This document shows, piece after piece, positions 13,092 to 26,029 of a DNA stretch of 64,000 nt. The stretch is from Tubulanus polymorphus. Taxonomy: Eukaryota > Animalia > Nemertea. A program made the position numbers and the translations under genes. Every line of letters starts with the position of its first letter. The stretch's first letter is position 1. Location of the stretch: assembly GCF_964204645.1 (NCBI RefSeq), contig NC_134036.1:1240001-1304000 (forward strand), given 5' to 3'. The notes under the pieces were generated by a model that was not told where the DNA came from, searched no databases, and was given only the letters and a program-made list of their open reading frames with translations.

Positions 13092-16000
13092 CTGAAATAA
13101 ATACCGAAATAATGAAACAAATTTAGAACTAGGCAAAATTTCAAAAACAATACCGAAATTACTCAAAATGATAAAAAATAATATTGAAATGACAATTCTA
13201 AAAAATCTTTCGAAATAAATTGACGGTTGATAAAGTTTTTTTTTTCAAAATTAAATCAACACGCAAAAGTCGATTGTGTGGAGTGGGTGTAATTGGCTTT
13301 ACCTCGTTAAATAGATCAGAGACACCTGGCGGACTCAACGTGAACCCTTCCGTCACCGAACTCGATCTCCGTACGGCTGTGTTACTCTCGGTCTCGGTCA
13401 CCGTCGCTGTCTTCCCATCATCAGCGCCACCTAGGCGGCCATCTTGTTCTGTATCGATTCCGATCCCTTCTGGTATAGAAATCGATCGATTCACTCCGGG
13501 TATTCCCAGTTTATACGTTTTCGAGCGATGTTTATTTTTTCCCACCGTCGAGGTAGCCGAGAGCGAAGCCCCGGCCTCTAATCCGTCGACCATCGATTTC
13601 GACCTCTTGATTTTCATCCCTTTTAACTTAGCGATTAACCCCCCTCGATGTTTCCTGCCTTTTCCCGCTGATATTCCGTCCATCATTGACTGTGATCGGT
13701 TGATATGGACGCCTTTGTTGCCTTCAGTATCCAGGGTAACGGCTCCGCCGAGGAAGCTTCCCCCAGCGGCGCCACCTATTGGTATATCATCGACAAGCGA
13801 TTGGGACCGGTTTAAATGTATGCCCTTCACTTTTTTGAATATGTTTGGTTTTTTCGACGTGTTCGAGGGAATATCGTCCGGACTAGTACCACCGCTGGTG
13901 CTGCCATCTGTCAGCGGTGATTGAGGACGCTTCGTTTTCGAACCCTTGATTTTGGCCATTAGGGCGGCGCCACCGGTGCGTTTTTTGCTCGGTTTCAATT
14001 TTAAGTCTGGTGTGGATATCGACACGTCTTGCCCGGATAACTTATCGATTTTCGACCCTTGTTGAAGGTCTGTAGGCGACTGTGTCGAAACCGCAAATTT
14101 CGGTAACTTGACGTCGCCATGGAGATCATGGCTCGTCAGATTATCGTCGTTCTCTCTATCGCCGTCAGATGTCGCTGTATTACCCTTCACTTTAAATAGC
14201 TTTTTCGTTTCGAGCTTGAAATCGTGAAACTTTTCTTTAAATCCCTTTTTCTTCTTCCTACGTTTTTTGTTACTGCTACTCGCCGCTGGGGCGGCGTCCA
14301 TGTCGATAGCACATGCGCCACCAACCGGATTGGCCCAGTTCTGAGCGTATCTATCTTTTAAATCAGCGTTCAAATCCGTTGGACCGTTCAGCGTAGCGTC
14401 GTTTACACCAGCACTGGCAGTTAAACCGAGGTTAACTCCAACTCCTGGTGTTTCTTTCACTGTCAGGTTATCGCCGCTGTTCTCGCTGCTGACGATACTA
14501 TCAGCGTCCAGATCGGTCGTTTGTATTCCGGAGAACTTATTCTTTAGTACCGTCTTCAGATCCAAGGAGGCGCCACCGTCAGCACCACCGACACCGGCGG
14601 CGGTTTTCAATTTTCCGAACGGATTTTCGAAAAACCATTTTTCGTTTTTGATCACGGTGTTGACCGAGTCCGAGTCCTCGGCCGTATCGCTGCCGTTGTC
14701 CGGGTAGATTTCCAGTTGAGCCCGTTCCTCTTCGAATTCACCGTTCGAATCGTCGTCCAGTAAATTCGTCATGCTCTCCGACAGGCGAGATTTATCGTCG
14801 ATTTGCTCCTCCAGTGATTTCTCCATCGTCACCTCTCCTGCGCCTCCTGTCTTCAGTTTGATATCCGCGGTCAGAGCTTTCAATCCGTCCCGGAAGAAAG
14901 TCTTCGTCGTGTCCAGTTTGTCGCTGATTCCTTTCATTTTGTCTTTTAGCGCGAAAGTTTTGTCGCCACCGTCGACACTTTCAAATTCCAGCTCGTCAAC
15001 GTCTTTGATTGTTGCCGTTTTCAATTGTGGAACAGCAACATTTGGGGATTTGACATCGCTATCAACTGTTCCCACATCTGGAGTTTTCAAATTAACTTTT
15101 CCCAACTCTGGAAGTTTCACGCCGATTTTTCCTAAATCTGGTTTTCTGACATCTACTTTTCTCGAATCAGCTTTTGCGAATTTTGGCAACTTAACATCAA
15201 CATTTCCCAATGCTGGGTCGACTCCTGCAATGTCCGGCTCACCGATAACGGAATCAGTAACATCTAATCCGTCGATACTAGTGTCAACGTCCATTTCTAC
15301 ATTACTCGGCACCGTGCCAACTTGAATTCGTGGAGTTTCGAGATTTGGAAGGCCTTTGGTTTCCAGATCCCCAATATCGCTGTTTATATTCAGATTATCG
15401 CCTGCGCTTAGTTCAAACGGCAATTCTAACTCCATTCGAGCGATTTCCGGTGCTGGGCATGTGACCTTCGCCTTTTCGGTCACATCCAGTTTAGATTCAA
15501 ACTGATCTCCAGCTCGCGTCGATTCCAACATTTGCAAGGCGTCTACCGAAGCCGGTAGTTTCAGATCCTCTTCGCTAGGTGTCGCCACAGCCTTGACCAT
15601 ACTGAATCGATCAACCATACGACCCCAGATCGTCTGCGTGTCTCTGGAAGGTGATTTCGCCCGGATTTGTTCCGTTGCCTCCACCGTTTCGGGAGTTATT
15701 TCTCCCATGTCGTCGAAAGTCGGATCGTTATCGGATAACCTTCTCAGACGATCGTTCAGTTTGTTTTTCCACGAGACTAGCGATTCGTTTTTATCCCGAT
15801 TGTTGACTCGCAGGTCGAACTTACCGCCAGTAGCGCCATCTACACCGATGTAACCGGTGGCGGCGCGTGGTGGCTGAATATTTAGGAATCCGGAACTTTG
15901 CGTGAAATCTTCCTCATCGTCTCCGAACACGTTATCAGATATATCTATCTCAGGTGGTGATATGATCGAGTCGAATTTTCCGACATTTTCGAAATTCATA

Positions 16001-19000
16001 TCGTCATCAGTTTCAATATTGATGTTTGGAATATTTTCTGTAATCGATTTCGAGTTAGCTCGTAGATCAAGTTCCCCGCTTGGTATTTGGACATCAGGAG
16101 GGATAATATCTTTCCCCAATCCTGTAGTAGTTCTGAGATCCAGTTTCCCAAAACTGGGAACTTGGACACCAGGTTGGATATTGTCTGTACCAAATCCTGA
16201 AGTTGCTCCGAGATCCAGTTTACCACTGGGAACTTGGACACCAGGTGGGATAATGTCTGTACCCAAACCTGAAGTTGCTCCGAGATCCAGTTTACCAAAA
16301 CTGGGAACTTGGACACCAGGTGGGATATTGTCTGTACCAAATCCTGTAGTTGCTCTGAGATCCAGTTTACCACTGGGAACTTGGACACCAGGTGGGATAT
16401 TGTCTGTACCCAAACTTGATGTTGCTCTGAGATCCAGTTTACCACTGGAAACTTGGACACCAGGTGGGATAATGTCTGTACCCAAACTTGAAGCTGCTCT
16501 GGGATCCAGTTTACCACTGGAAACTTGGACATCAGGTGGGATATTGTCTGTACCAAATCCTGAAGTTGCTCTGAGATCCAGTTTACCACTGGGAACTTGG
16601 ACACCAGGTGGGATATCGTCTGTACCCAAACTTGAAGTTGTTCTGGGATCCAGTTTACCACTGGGAACTTGGACACCAGGTGGGATATTGTCTGTACCAA
16701 ATCCTGAAGTTGCTCTGAGATCCAGTTTACCACTGGGAACTTGGACACCAGGTGGGATATTGTCTGTACCCAAACCTGTAGTTGCTCTGAGATCCAGTTT
16801 ACCACTGGGAACTTGGACACCAGGTGGGATAATGTCTTTCCCCAATCCTGTAGTAGTTCTGAGATCCAGTTTACCAAAACTGGGAACTTGGACACCAGGT
16901 GGGATATTGTCTGTACCCAAACTTGAAGTTGCTCTGGGATCCAGTTTACCACTGGGAACTTGGACATCAGGTGAGATGATGGCTGTACCCATTCCTGATG
17001 TAGCCCTGAGGTCTAGTTTACCAACAGGAAATTCGCCAACTTCCCCAGACACATTAACATCGGGTATTTCCACATTTCCGAATATGTCTCCTATGTCAGT
17101 GTTCATCGTCCCACTCGGAAAATCGATTCCAAAACCTTTTGAAATAACATTCTTGGCTTTATCTTGTATCTTGTTGTTCGCAGCAATTCCTGCATTGCCA
17201 TCGGTTCCTGGTAAACTAACGTTTAGCGCAACACTGTTCAATTTGCCCGGCTCATCAACATCCGACCTGCTGTCCGATCCGTCGTCCAGATCTGAACTCT
17301 TATTCCCTCGTTTCTGCTTACGGTGCCTTCTCGGGGACAAACCTTTGAAGCCGCCTTTTAGTTTATCAATGAAACCAGTCTTTTTCGTGAAACTCGCATC
17401 CATCGTGTCATTAGCGACGTCTGGTGACTGGATTTGTAACGAAGGCACGTCAGCCGTACCGTCAATGTTTACGTTAGGTGTTCGGACGTCAAGGGAAGGT
17501 GCATCGGCATCGAACGAAATGATATTGTTGTCACCAGATATTTTGATACTTTTTTGGGGAACATTTGGCCTAACGTTAGCTAGCCCATCATCCAATCCAC
17601 CACATAAATCGATGTTGTCTGACATACTGGTTTGACTTAGTCGGATGTCCTCTATATCAAAGAACTGATTAGCGTCGACTGAACCTGTAATTTTATCAGG
17701 TATATTCATGTCGACTGTCTGATTAGGGTTGGTCGTATCGATGTCGGCTTCCACGTCAATCCCAAGAGAGTGTCGGCCTATGTCAGGTAGTCCTACCTGT
17801 GGCATCTTTGTTGGAGCATTAGGAGTTTGAAAGTTATCGGATGATTCGATTGCCACCGCTTTCAATTCACCAGGACCCCCCACGTAGAAAGCTTCTACAG
17901 AGTTCATCGGTTTGGCGTCCAGGTTCGCCGCATCTGGCAGGTTTACGTCGGCGAGTTGGTTTTGTAACTTTGTCTGTTTAGCACTGACGCCAACAGCTGG
18001 AGTATCCACATCATCAGCTCCCTCTATTGCAGCCATTCTCAATTCACCATGGCCTCCTACGTAAAACGCTTCGGCAGGATTCATCGGTTTAGCTTCCATT
18101 TGAGCAGCATGTTGCGGATTCGGATCCACGAGATGTTTTTGTAACTCTGCATTTCTAACATCGATTTCTACATTAGGAGCATCAAAACCGACAGAGGCAC
18201 CAACTGGCGGGGAATCCTTGTCATTATTTTTGTTCCACTCGTCCTCGAATTTCGATATCGTTCGATCTTTGAAATCTTTGATCTTATCCAGAAATCCCAA
18301 CTTTTTCGAACCGCCGCCGCTAGACGTCACTGCAGCCGTGTTCGCCGGGACATCCACGGCGGGGATTTCGACTTTAGGAGTACTGGTACGCGGGAATCCA
18401 GCATCGGGAAAATCGGCACTAACGGGTGAACTGTTAGCGAGTACGTTCTGTTCGAAGTCGATACGTTCGGAGAATCCGGAGTCTCTCATCTGCTCGACGT
18501 CATCGTCCAAATTTCCAGAATCGTCTAAATTCACTTTGACCTTTCGACCTCGTACGTCATCAGACCCGTCAATTTTTAATTTAGGAAACGCCATTTTAAC
18601 TTTATCAACGTCATCAGGATCGAAGTCGCCGACAACATTCACATCAGGTGAACTCATCACTGAATCTGGTCCGGTCTGTTTTCCGTATTCCGTAGAATCC
18701 GGGCCGACCTGTATTCCGTATTCGGCCTCCAACGACGCCTGGTATTCGCCTAGAAGTTTCTCATCGTCACTTGCATCATCCTTTCCTTCATCCTTTTCCG
18801 TCGACCATCTCGGCATCCGGGAAGTTATGCTGTCCAAATTTCTTTGAAATGCGGCCGGAATTCCGGAGATTCCCGAGCGATTCGTGTTGACGTCGGCAAT
18901 TTCCGGTAACGAACTGAAGTTCTGAGCCACCTCAACACGTCTGCTGGCCGCGAGTCCGCCGGTATCTCCCCGTAGATTTAAACCCACTCCGCTCACGTCG

Positions 19001-21580
19001 CTTTCCACTGAATACGTACCGAAATGATCCTCAACGTCGACCGACCCGACATCAGGTGTGGTCGGCACCTCGTTATCGGTGTCTGAGTAACCCGATACAT
19101 CATCGACGCCGTTTAGAACACCATCGTCTGCGCATGCTTGGAAAATGTTTTCCATGGCGACGGCCTTTTTCACGAGCCCTGTAAAAAAACAAGCAACGAC
19201 CGTTTTAGGAAGTGTAGTTCACTGATTGCAAGCCGCCCTTTAGAAAATGAATTTTGAACAATCTTTTTTCTTGAAAATTGAAACTAGATCAAGCGTTGAC
19301 ATTGTATTTGGTGTATGGGGCGCCCCCTTATGGTGTAATTCGTAAGCACGTTTGTTAAGGAATACATACTTGGTCGTTCGTGGTCTTTGTCCTCGTCGCA
19401 TTCCGAATCGGAAGTTCCCACGTAGTTGTTATCGTCGTATCGCGAATCTATGTCCGGTGCCGATTCCGTGGCCGCACCCGAGTTTTTGCGGACCATTTCC
19501 TCGAAAACCTCTTCATCATCGTCAACACCATCGATTTCGCTATCGGTTACAAACTCCGGCAATTCGATATCGTCATCATCATCTTCATCATACGAGAAAT
19601 CGTCGAACGTAATCGAGTAGTCTCCGTCGTCGTCGCCAGATGTCACTGCTTCCAGCGTATCGTCGTCCGATTGGTCGAACGCAGGTTGACCCAATTCTAA
19701 TTGGTTCACGGTTTCTAAATTGATCACGTGTTCGCCGTCTGCGTCGCTGACTGTGATGTTCAGAAAATCGTCGTCATTCGGATCAACCTCTGCTGTTGTT
19801 TGTATCTTCTGCTGTTGTTGCTGTTCAGTTGTCTGAACGTCGTCTTTACTGAATAGACCTGTGTCGAATATCAAATATTCGATCATTTCATACGTGTAAA
19901 TCGTTAGATTTTCGAATTTCGTCTAATGCCATAAGACTTTCGACATAACTTTTCATCATTCATAATTTTGGAGATTTCTAAGTTTTGTTCAAATAATTTA
20001 AGGAATCCAAATTTAGATAAATTTTTCATTAAAATTTTTGAAATTTGAAATCAACTGCTTCTCCTTTTTTTTACCTTTGAATTTTCCGAACAGACCGATG
20101 TCGCTATTGTTCCGTGTTAGCGTCGGCTCAGATTGGGCTGTCGTCGTTGCCGGGGTTACTTCGATTAGCGACCTTCTTTTCTCATTGTTGGACGACGTTT
20201 CCGGGAACTTGGGAATTTTCAGATCCACGTCGGTTTTCAGGTCTTCGTTTGAATCTTTGAAGCGAAAAATTCCTGGAAAAGAATCGTATGAAATTCAATA
20301 ATCTAGAAAATTCGTTGCTTGGAAAACAATTTACTTCAGCTTTGGATTTATTTCATTAAATTTTTTGTATGGCGAATTGAGAATGAGCTAAGACTGTTTA
20401 ACATATTGGTATCGAATCAATAGGACTAGGCTTAGTTTGGTCTTGTGATTGAGGGTGGTCGCAACTGGTGTTTTAGCACTGGATGTAATATGCTTAGCCT
20501 GGTCGGGTTATCAGGCCCAACTTTGAAGTTTGCTTCACCATCTGGGTCTATATCAACAAACCTAATAAATAATCTGACGAAAAAAATTGGCCCATTTCGT
20601 CCTCTAAAGTAAGATGATATTCTACCTTTAAACTTGTCGAAAATTCCAACTTCGTCATCGCTATTAGCATCAGTGGCGACACCTGGTTGTATTTCGCTGA
20701 AGCTCGAATAACGTGTTCTATCAGTTGCTGCGTCCGGTGTTGCAGTTGCTATAGTTTCACGCTTATCCATCCCCACAGCATCCGTATCATCCTCAGTAAC
20801 CACTGTAACATCCACCTCAGCTGCCAGAGTTGGTTTGTTAGTTTTATCGACGATATTGATTGGTTGTTTCTCGTCCACGTTGTTTTTATCGTCTGTCGCG
20901 TTTTTCAGCAGTTGTTTGTTTGAAAGTCCGGTAAAATTAAAAAATCGATCAATTAAATCTGGATCTTTGCCCCCCTCAACGTTCTCCTCATTTTTATCGT
21001 CATTATTATCCGTCACTACGGCAACAACGTTATCGGTATTGTTGATAACGCTGTTGCCGGTTGACCTCTCTCTTCCACCGCTTCTGATTGCTAGGTCCAT
21101 CGGTTCCAGCTTCCCAATCTCTTGCGGCTGCTTAGCAACGCCGTCTGGTTGCTGGGCAACCTCTTTCGGATTCGCAGCAACCGTATCTGGCTGTTTGACA
21201 ACCTCTTGTGGTTGCTTAGGGACCTCTTGCTCTTTGTTGCCACCGAATACCCCTCGTAACCGGTTGAATAGCCCGCCAGATGGCGCTGCTGCTGCTGCTG
21301 ACGATTCGGGCAGCTTGCCTTCGATGGATATTTCTGGCTTCTCGTATTCGATTCCGACATCGATTCGCTTCGGGCATTCCTCGCTTGCCGGTGCTGGTTT
21401 CGATGGTAGCGACGCCTGTTGGATGATAACGTCGTCCTGGTTCGGCTTCTGGTCTCGCGATTTCTTGAAAATGTTCGGAATGATTTTAAAGATGGCGCCC
21501 TCCTCCTCGTCGTCGTCGTCATGGTGATGATCATTGTCAGTGTTTTTGTAAGTGGGGAAAACCGAAAAGGTTTTGTCCAT
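12861..21580 (-). CDS. Giant acidic, intrinsically disordered AHNAK/periaxin-like repeat protein, ~2582 aa, 5 coding exons
   Basis: Exons 21580-20626, 20272-20075, 19858-19370, 19178-13303, 13091-12861 total 7749 nt, joined by GT-AG introns with consistent phases 1,1,1,0. Motifs DLKIPKF and DVKLPKF recall AHNAK-type repeats. The family assignment is tentative. Confidence 0.85.
13303..19178 (-). CDS. Coding exon 4 of AHNAK-like gene (5876-nt giant exon)
   Basis: Acceptor tttttttacag|GG; donor GAG|gtaaag. Overlaps the 1991-aa ORF almost entirely. Confidence 0.9.
16078..17022 (-). repeat. Coding tandem repeat, 13 x 72/75 bp (GKLDLRATSGFGTDNIPPGVQVPS[F])
   Basis: Counted from the translation; three units carry an extra Phe. 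Confidence 0.95.
19370..19858 (-). CDS. Coding exon 3 of AHNAK-like gene (very acidic)
   Basis: Acceptor gacacag|GT; donor CCAA|gtatgt. 489 nt. Confidence 0.8.
20075..20272 (-). CDS. Coding exon 2 of AHNAK-like gene
   Basis: Acceptor ttttccag|GA; donor AAAG|gtaaaa. 198 nt, frame preserved. Confidence 0.8.
20626..21580 (-). CDS. Coding exon 1 of AHNAK-like gene (MDKTFSVFP...GIFDKFK)
   Basis: Acceptor ttttcag|GACA ATG at 21585/21584; donor AAAG|gtagaa at 20626. Confidence 0.8.
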
Positions 21581-23436
21581 TGTCCTGAAAATATAGAATA
21601 TGGAAAACGAAATTTTACTGAAAGTTTTTGAATTCAATGGCCGTGGAAAAACACGAAATGATGGCGGTTTCATCAGAAAAAATGGCTTCTCCCGTGTATA
21701 TCCCCCAATGACGCAATCAAACTGTCGCTTTCTAAAATATCCAAATTATTTTCGTGAACTGTTTCCGACTGTTTCGACCTAACTTAGCCGTCGCTGGTTC
21801 TTTACAAATCGTCGAATAATCTTTCAAATACTTTTTCAAAATAGAGAATGACAATATAGATTGTAATGACGTAGTTAATGATGCCATATTTTTCACACAA
21901 AAGAAGTAAATACCCGTAATTAAGTTTTTTACGTATGTTATGTGAAGTTTATTTACTTACGGCGTTCACCACTCTCGGAATATTTATAAGCGTCGTATTC
22001 GCGTACTGTGTATGCCTTACATTATTACGAATAAGATAATTCGGAATTTTGAACGTGGCTCGATTTCATTCAAGCATTTAAAACTCGCTTTATGTGTATA
22101 TAGTACTATTATCTAAATACCTCCTAAATTACCCTGGTCGCTCTTCGGGCCGCGCGCGCGGCTTTTCGTTTGTCTAAACAAATTTCGGCAAGCAGCGGAT
22201 TAGCGCGGATTATTGTTAATCCGTCGACTGTGAACGGGATTAAAGTACTCGTCGTTGGATTAACGTTGTAACGCATTCCGACGACGGGCACTCCTTAATT
22301 ACTGGGATTATTGAACGATTAGTGATTATAACGTTTTTATAGACGCTTTCACGGAATATGGCCGCCTCCATAAACCCCCCTAACTCAATTGAAAATAAAT
22401 TGAGTTGAACCCGGGTTGTAGTTAATCTAAAAAGTAATCTAGGAATTAACCCTCTTGTAAAAAGATAATTGGCGTTATTTCACAAATCGTGTGTCCAGTA
22501 AGTCGGGGCCATCGTGAAATTAATCGTATCGGGATGTTTGTTGAATTCAGTTGGTTTTAAGCATTAAGAGGAGAGTGGTCCAGTTTTATATAACTGCCAC
22601 CCAGCCGTTCACAGTTCAATGAATTATGTAAAATGTAAATGACCCCAAATCTTAAGGTGAACACCACTCTTCAGTTGTACGCAGTTTAAAGAATTGTATT
22701 AAGACAATTTTTGAATGGCCCTTGGCGTGGTCAGCACTGGTCAGTTCTTAGAAAGTCACTCAGTCAGCCCGTCAGTCAGTCAGCCAAATCCAGGTCTCCA
22801 TAAACCCAGGGTTCGACCGGACCCATTATACGGGTCAGTTCACACGCCGATTTTATAAGAAGTCGCTTGTATAATAGTTTTTCCTTGGAATCGATTCTAA
22901 GGCTCTGATCCGTGAAAAAAAGTAGTTTTAGTTTTAGTCGAGTCGGTCGATCTTTGTGCCTCGGCGCAGAAAAGTTAAAAAAGCCCCTGAAGGTCCGTGT
23001 TTCGGTTTTCTGGCAAACAAACAACAAGTTCACATGTACCGCAGGTGTTTCCAAGTAAAACCAGCCCTTAGTGGAGTAGGCGATGGCAATCGTGATGGAC
23101 AGTTCCTCTGTTAGAATAGATGACTCTTTGAGCTTTCAACAGTATAAAGACGATGTTCAGATATGTTACATATTATGTTATATTTCTCAGTGTTTCTGCC
23201 ATAAACCAGTAAGACCAACTCTTAGTTAAGAGTGGTGACGAATGGCAAACGTGAGGCAGAGTTCCTTTGTTAAAATAGATGACTATTTGAGCATTCAACA
23301 GTATAAAGACGATGTTTAGACGTCTGGTCATTCTCAATACCGTCGTGGTCTTATGAATATCCATAAACTCAAAACCATTGTCATAATCTACTTTTTTAAA
23401 ACGCAGAAAAATCATAAACCATTGTTGCTACATTGA

Positions 23437-23765
23437 GCGAGGGATGTGGGCAAGTGGTTCCTGGTGCCAGTTGCACAGTCGTGACTTAAGTCCAAAAGTG
23501 GTCTTAAATCTTAAGACTGGTCTTAAGTTGTTAGATTGGCTATAGAACGAAGTTGGTCTTAAACTGGTCTTAAATCTAAGTCATGACTATGCAACCGGCC
23601 CCAGGGGATAACTCTGGGAAGCCAGGTCGTGGGCTTGAACCCCTTACGTTACCGTAGTGACCCCAGGCAAGACAATCATCCTCATTGCCTCTCTTCGCCC
23701 AGAAGGTACCCGGTCCGATAGATTACTTCTGAGCGCCTAGAAGCTGCACGGATGTTCCTGATGAA
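23437..23765 (+). mobile_element. tRNA-derived SINE relic (CORE/Meta-like body) interrupted by a MITE
   Basis: A-box-like tgggcaagtggt, B-box-like gggcttgaacccc, body gtgaccccaggcaagacaatcatcctcattgcctctct. A second copy sharing tctgggaagccaggtcgt lies at ~39355-39490. Confidence 0.5.
23461..23604. mobile_element. MITE family B (TIR CTGG(G/T)GCC(A/G)GTTGCA.AGTC.TGACTTA)
   Basis: About 28-bp inverted ends with internal actggtcttaa repeats. Relatives at 10305-10424, 24707-24931 and 55903-55961. Confidence 0.8.
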
Positions 23766-24706
23766 TGATGGTTATGGGCGGGGCGTAATAATACTAATTT
23801 TATTGGAAAGTGTTGTTGTACATTGTAGCACTGTGTAAAGGATACTATAAAAATTATACCATAGAGATATCAAACCAAAACAAATTTGAGTTTTATAATT
23901 TTGGAAAACAATTGAAATTTGTACTATTTTTCGGGTCCAGAAATTTTGTTGGACCATAAAGATCATAGATGTTGAGAAGAGTTCCTCTAGGTCCTTGGGC
24001 TCCAGGGCCCAGACCAAAATCGAGAAATCAATATCTGAATATCCTTTTGGCACGAAAGATCCAAAACGCAGTGCGTATTTATAACGCTAGGTGGAGCCAC
24101 ACGCGCGCGTATGCGTCGTCGACAGAAGACGGCGATAAGAAAATTATTCAGATTCTATCGTTTGCGAAAAGGAAAATTAATTTCGCTGAAAATTTCTCGC
24201 TTCACTGATACACGTCACATTCAATCTCGTGTTGCTATTAGTAATAATATCGGTAATAAATGCAAATTCTGATTGCACAGATGGAGTAGACGAGAGGTGG
24301 ACGGAGGGAGGGATAGAGTCTAATTTCAATTTCAAGTCGTCGTTTGCCCGAATCGTCCTTATCTAGTTCGGTAATTTCCGGAACGATGCCCCCCGACTGT
24401 CGTTTGTGATTAGTTTTCGTAGTCTTCCGACCAAATGAGATTTTAATTCTGATAACTATGATAACTTTCTTCGGTAATAATTTATACTCTCTCTCGATTC
24501 AGAATATTCCAGCATCAACCGTTAAATGTTCAACTGATAATTTCATTCTTATGCAGGGCCTCTGTTGGCTATTGGGTTTGACTTGAGAGATTTTGATATT
24601 TTAGCGGACCAGCTGAGCAGGACATAAGGCATGTTATATGAAAACCCTGCCCACTAAGGTTAAGATTTGCTCAAGATAGCATTCCCCACTCTTCCTATTC
24701 TAAGTA

Positions 24707-24931
24707 TGGGGCCCAGTTGTACGGGCATGGCTTAAGACCAACTACTATAACTGGTCTTAAGTTACACCTTAGTTCTATTTTAAACTATTAAGACTGGTCT
24801 TAAGTTATCAGATTGGCTAATATTCAGACCAGTCTAAAGGTCTTAAGTTATTAGATTGGCTATATTCAGACCAGTCTAAAGGTTAAACACCAGTTTTCGA
24901 CATAAGTCACGTACAACTGTGCAACGCGTCC
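24707..24931. mobile_element. MITE family B variant with internal tandem duplication
   Basis: ggggcccagttgtac...ctgtgcaacgcgtcc ends; ggtcttaagtta..agattggcta..ttcagaccagtctaaagg duplicated. Confidence 0.65.
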
Positions 24932-25043
24932 GGGGCTGGTTTTATAGACTGGTATTACCTTTAACCCGCGGGTTAACTCCGATCGAAAATGAATTGAGTT
25001 AGCCCCCGGGTTAAAGGTAATACCTGTCTATAAAACCGGGCCC
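24932..25043. mobile_element. MITE family C, 112-bp hairpin element
   Basis: 48-bp arms (ggttttatagac.ggtattacctttaacccg.ggg.taactc) with ~5 mismatches. Related fragment at ~22370-22430. Confidence 0.8.
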
Positions 25044-26029
25044 ATGGTTTAATAACTCAAAAAAATGATTGCACTCAATGTATGAATGGAAGGTTTAAGG
25101 CTACAAGCTGCACTTACCGATGCGACCCGACGTTAGAGGTCCATTTCGAATTCAGCCATACGTCCGCTGACCAGGATCATCGGCACGACCAGAATTACCA
25201 AAAATATCATAACAACCAACATTTTCAGACCAGTGTATATACAACAGGATCTTCGTTCTCTTCTCAACAAACAGCTGGCCTGGTCTAAGCGCGGTTCCTG
25301 CCTGTCTCAGTGACGACTGCTACCGATACAATGCAAAGACCCGAGTTTGTGTGATCTTGAAATGCCTTGGACGAGAACGTGTTCGCTTTGAGAGATAGGT
25401 CATTCAATAAAACGTACAAAACCTGCACTTAGGATTTATTTTAAGATTTTAAATACATGTGTACTGGTTAATAGATTCACGCTCGGCTGCGCTGGTGTCG
25501 TCCTGTTAACAGATAGATTAGCCATATTGTGACGTCAGGACGTGGTAACGGGCCAGCAGGGGTTTATGGGTTTGGGGGTCGCGGCACTAATGACGTACGT
25601 TCTCGGAAATACTGCACGGCCCGCCGACTAGACTCAACGGGTTTAGAGAGAGTTCGTAAAAACGCTTGGCTGAATAAACAGTGGCGATCGCGGGGGTTGT
25701 AACGAGGGTTTAACCGTTCATTGTGACAAGATTAGCAGGATTTGTTTTAGTAAATTCTGTATAATTGTAAATTGTACAACGTCGTGGGGGGTCGAGTTGG
25801 ATCCAACTTGAATTTGTGATTGCCGTGCTTGTGGTAGAAATTTTTGTTGCATAATTTTATTTTTGTCTCCGGATGAGGTCCAGTACCCATATTATTAGTT
25901 GATATTGTGAGTAAAATCTAGCTCACAACTTTCGTGAATTCGGTCCTTTGCGTCTTGTTAGAACGAGTGAATTATGAGCGAGGACTTTAGAAAATACCTG
26001 GTGTAATTAAAGGTATCAGAAAAAGTGTA

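Noticed and set aside
8701-13303. CSB-PGBD3-style fusion of the AHNAK-like gene to the co-oriented transposase
   Set aside because: The donor phase does not match, there is an in-frame TGA between acceptor 8735 and ATG 8701, and the transposase is frameshifted.
13220-18847. Plus-strand ORFs (234, 184, 577, 209 aa) and the minus alternative-frame 323-aa ORF
   Set aside because: Shadows of the giant exon and its 72-bp repeat.
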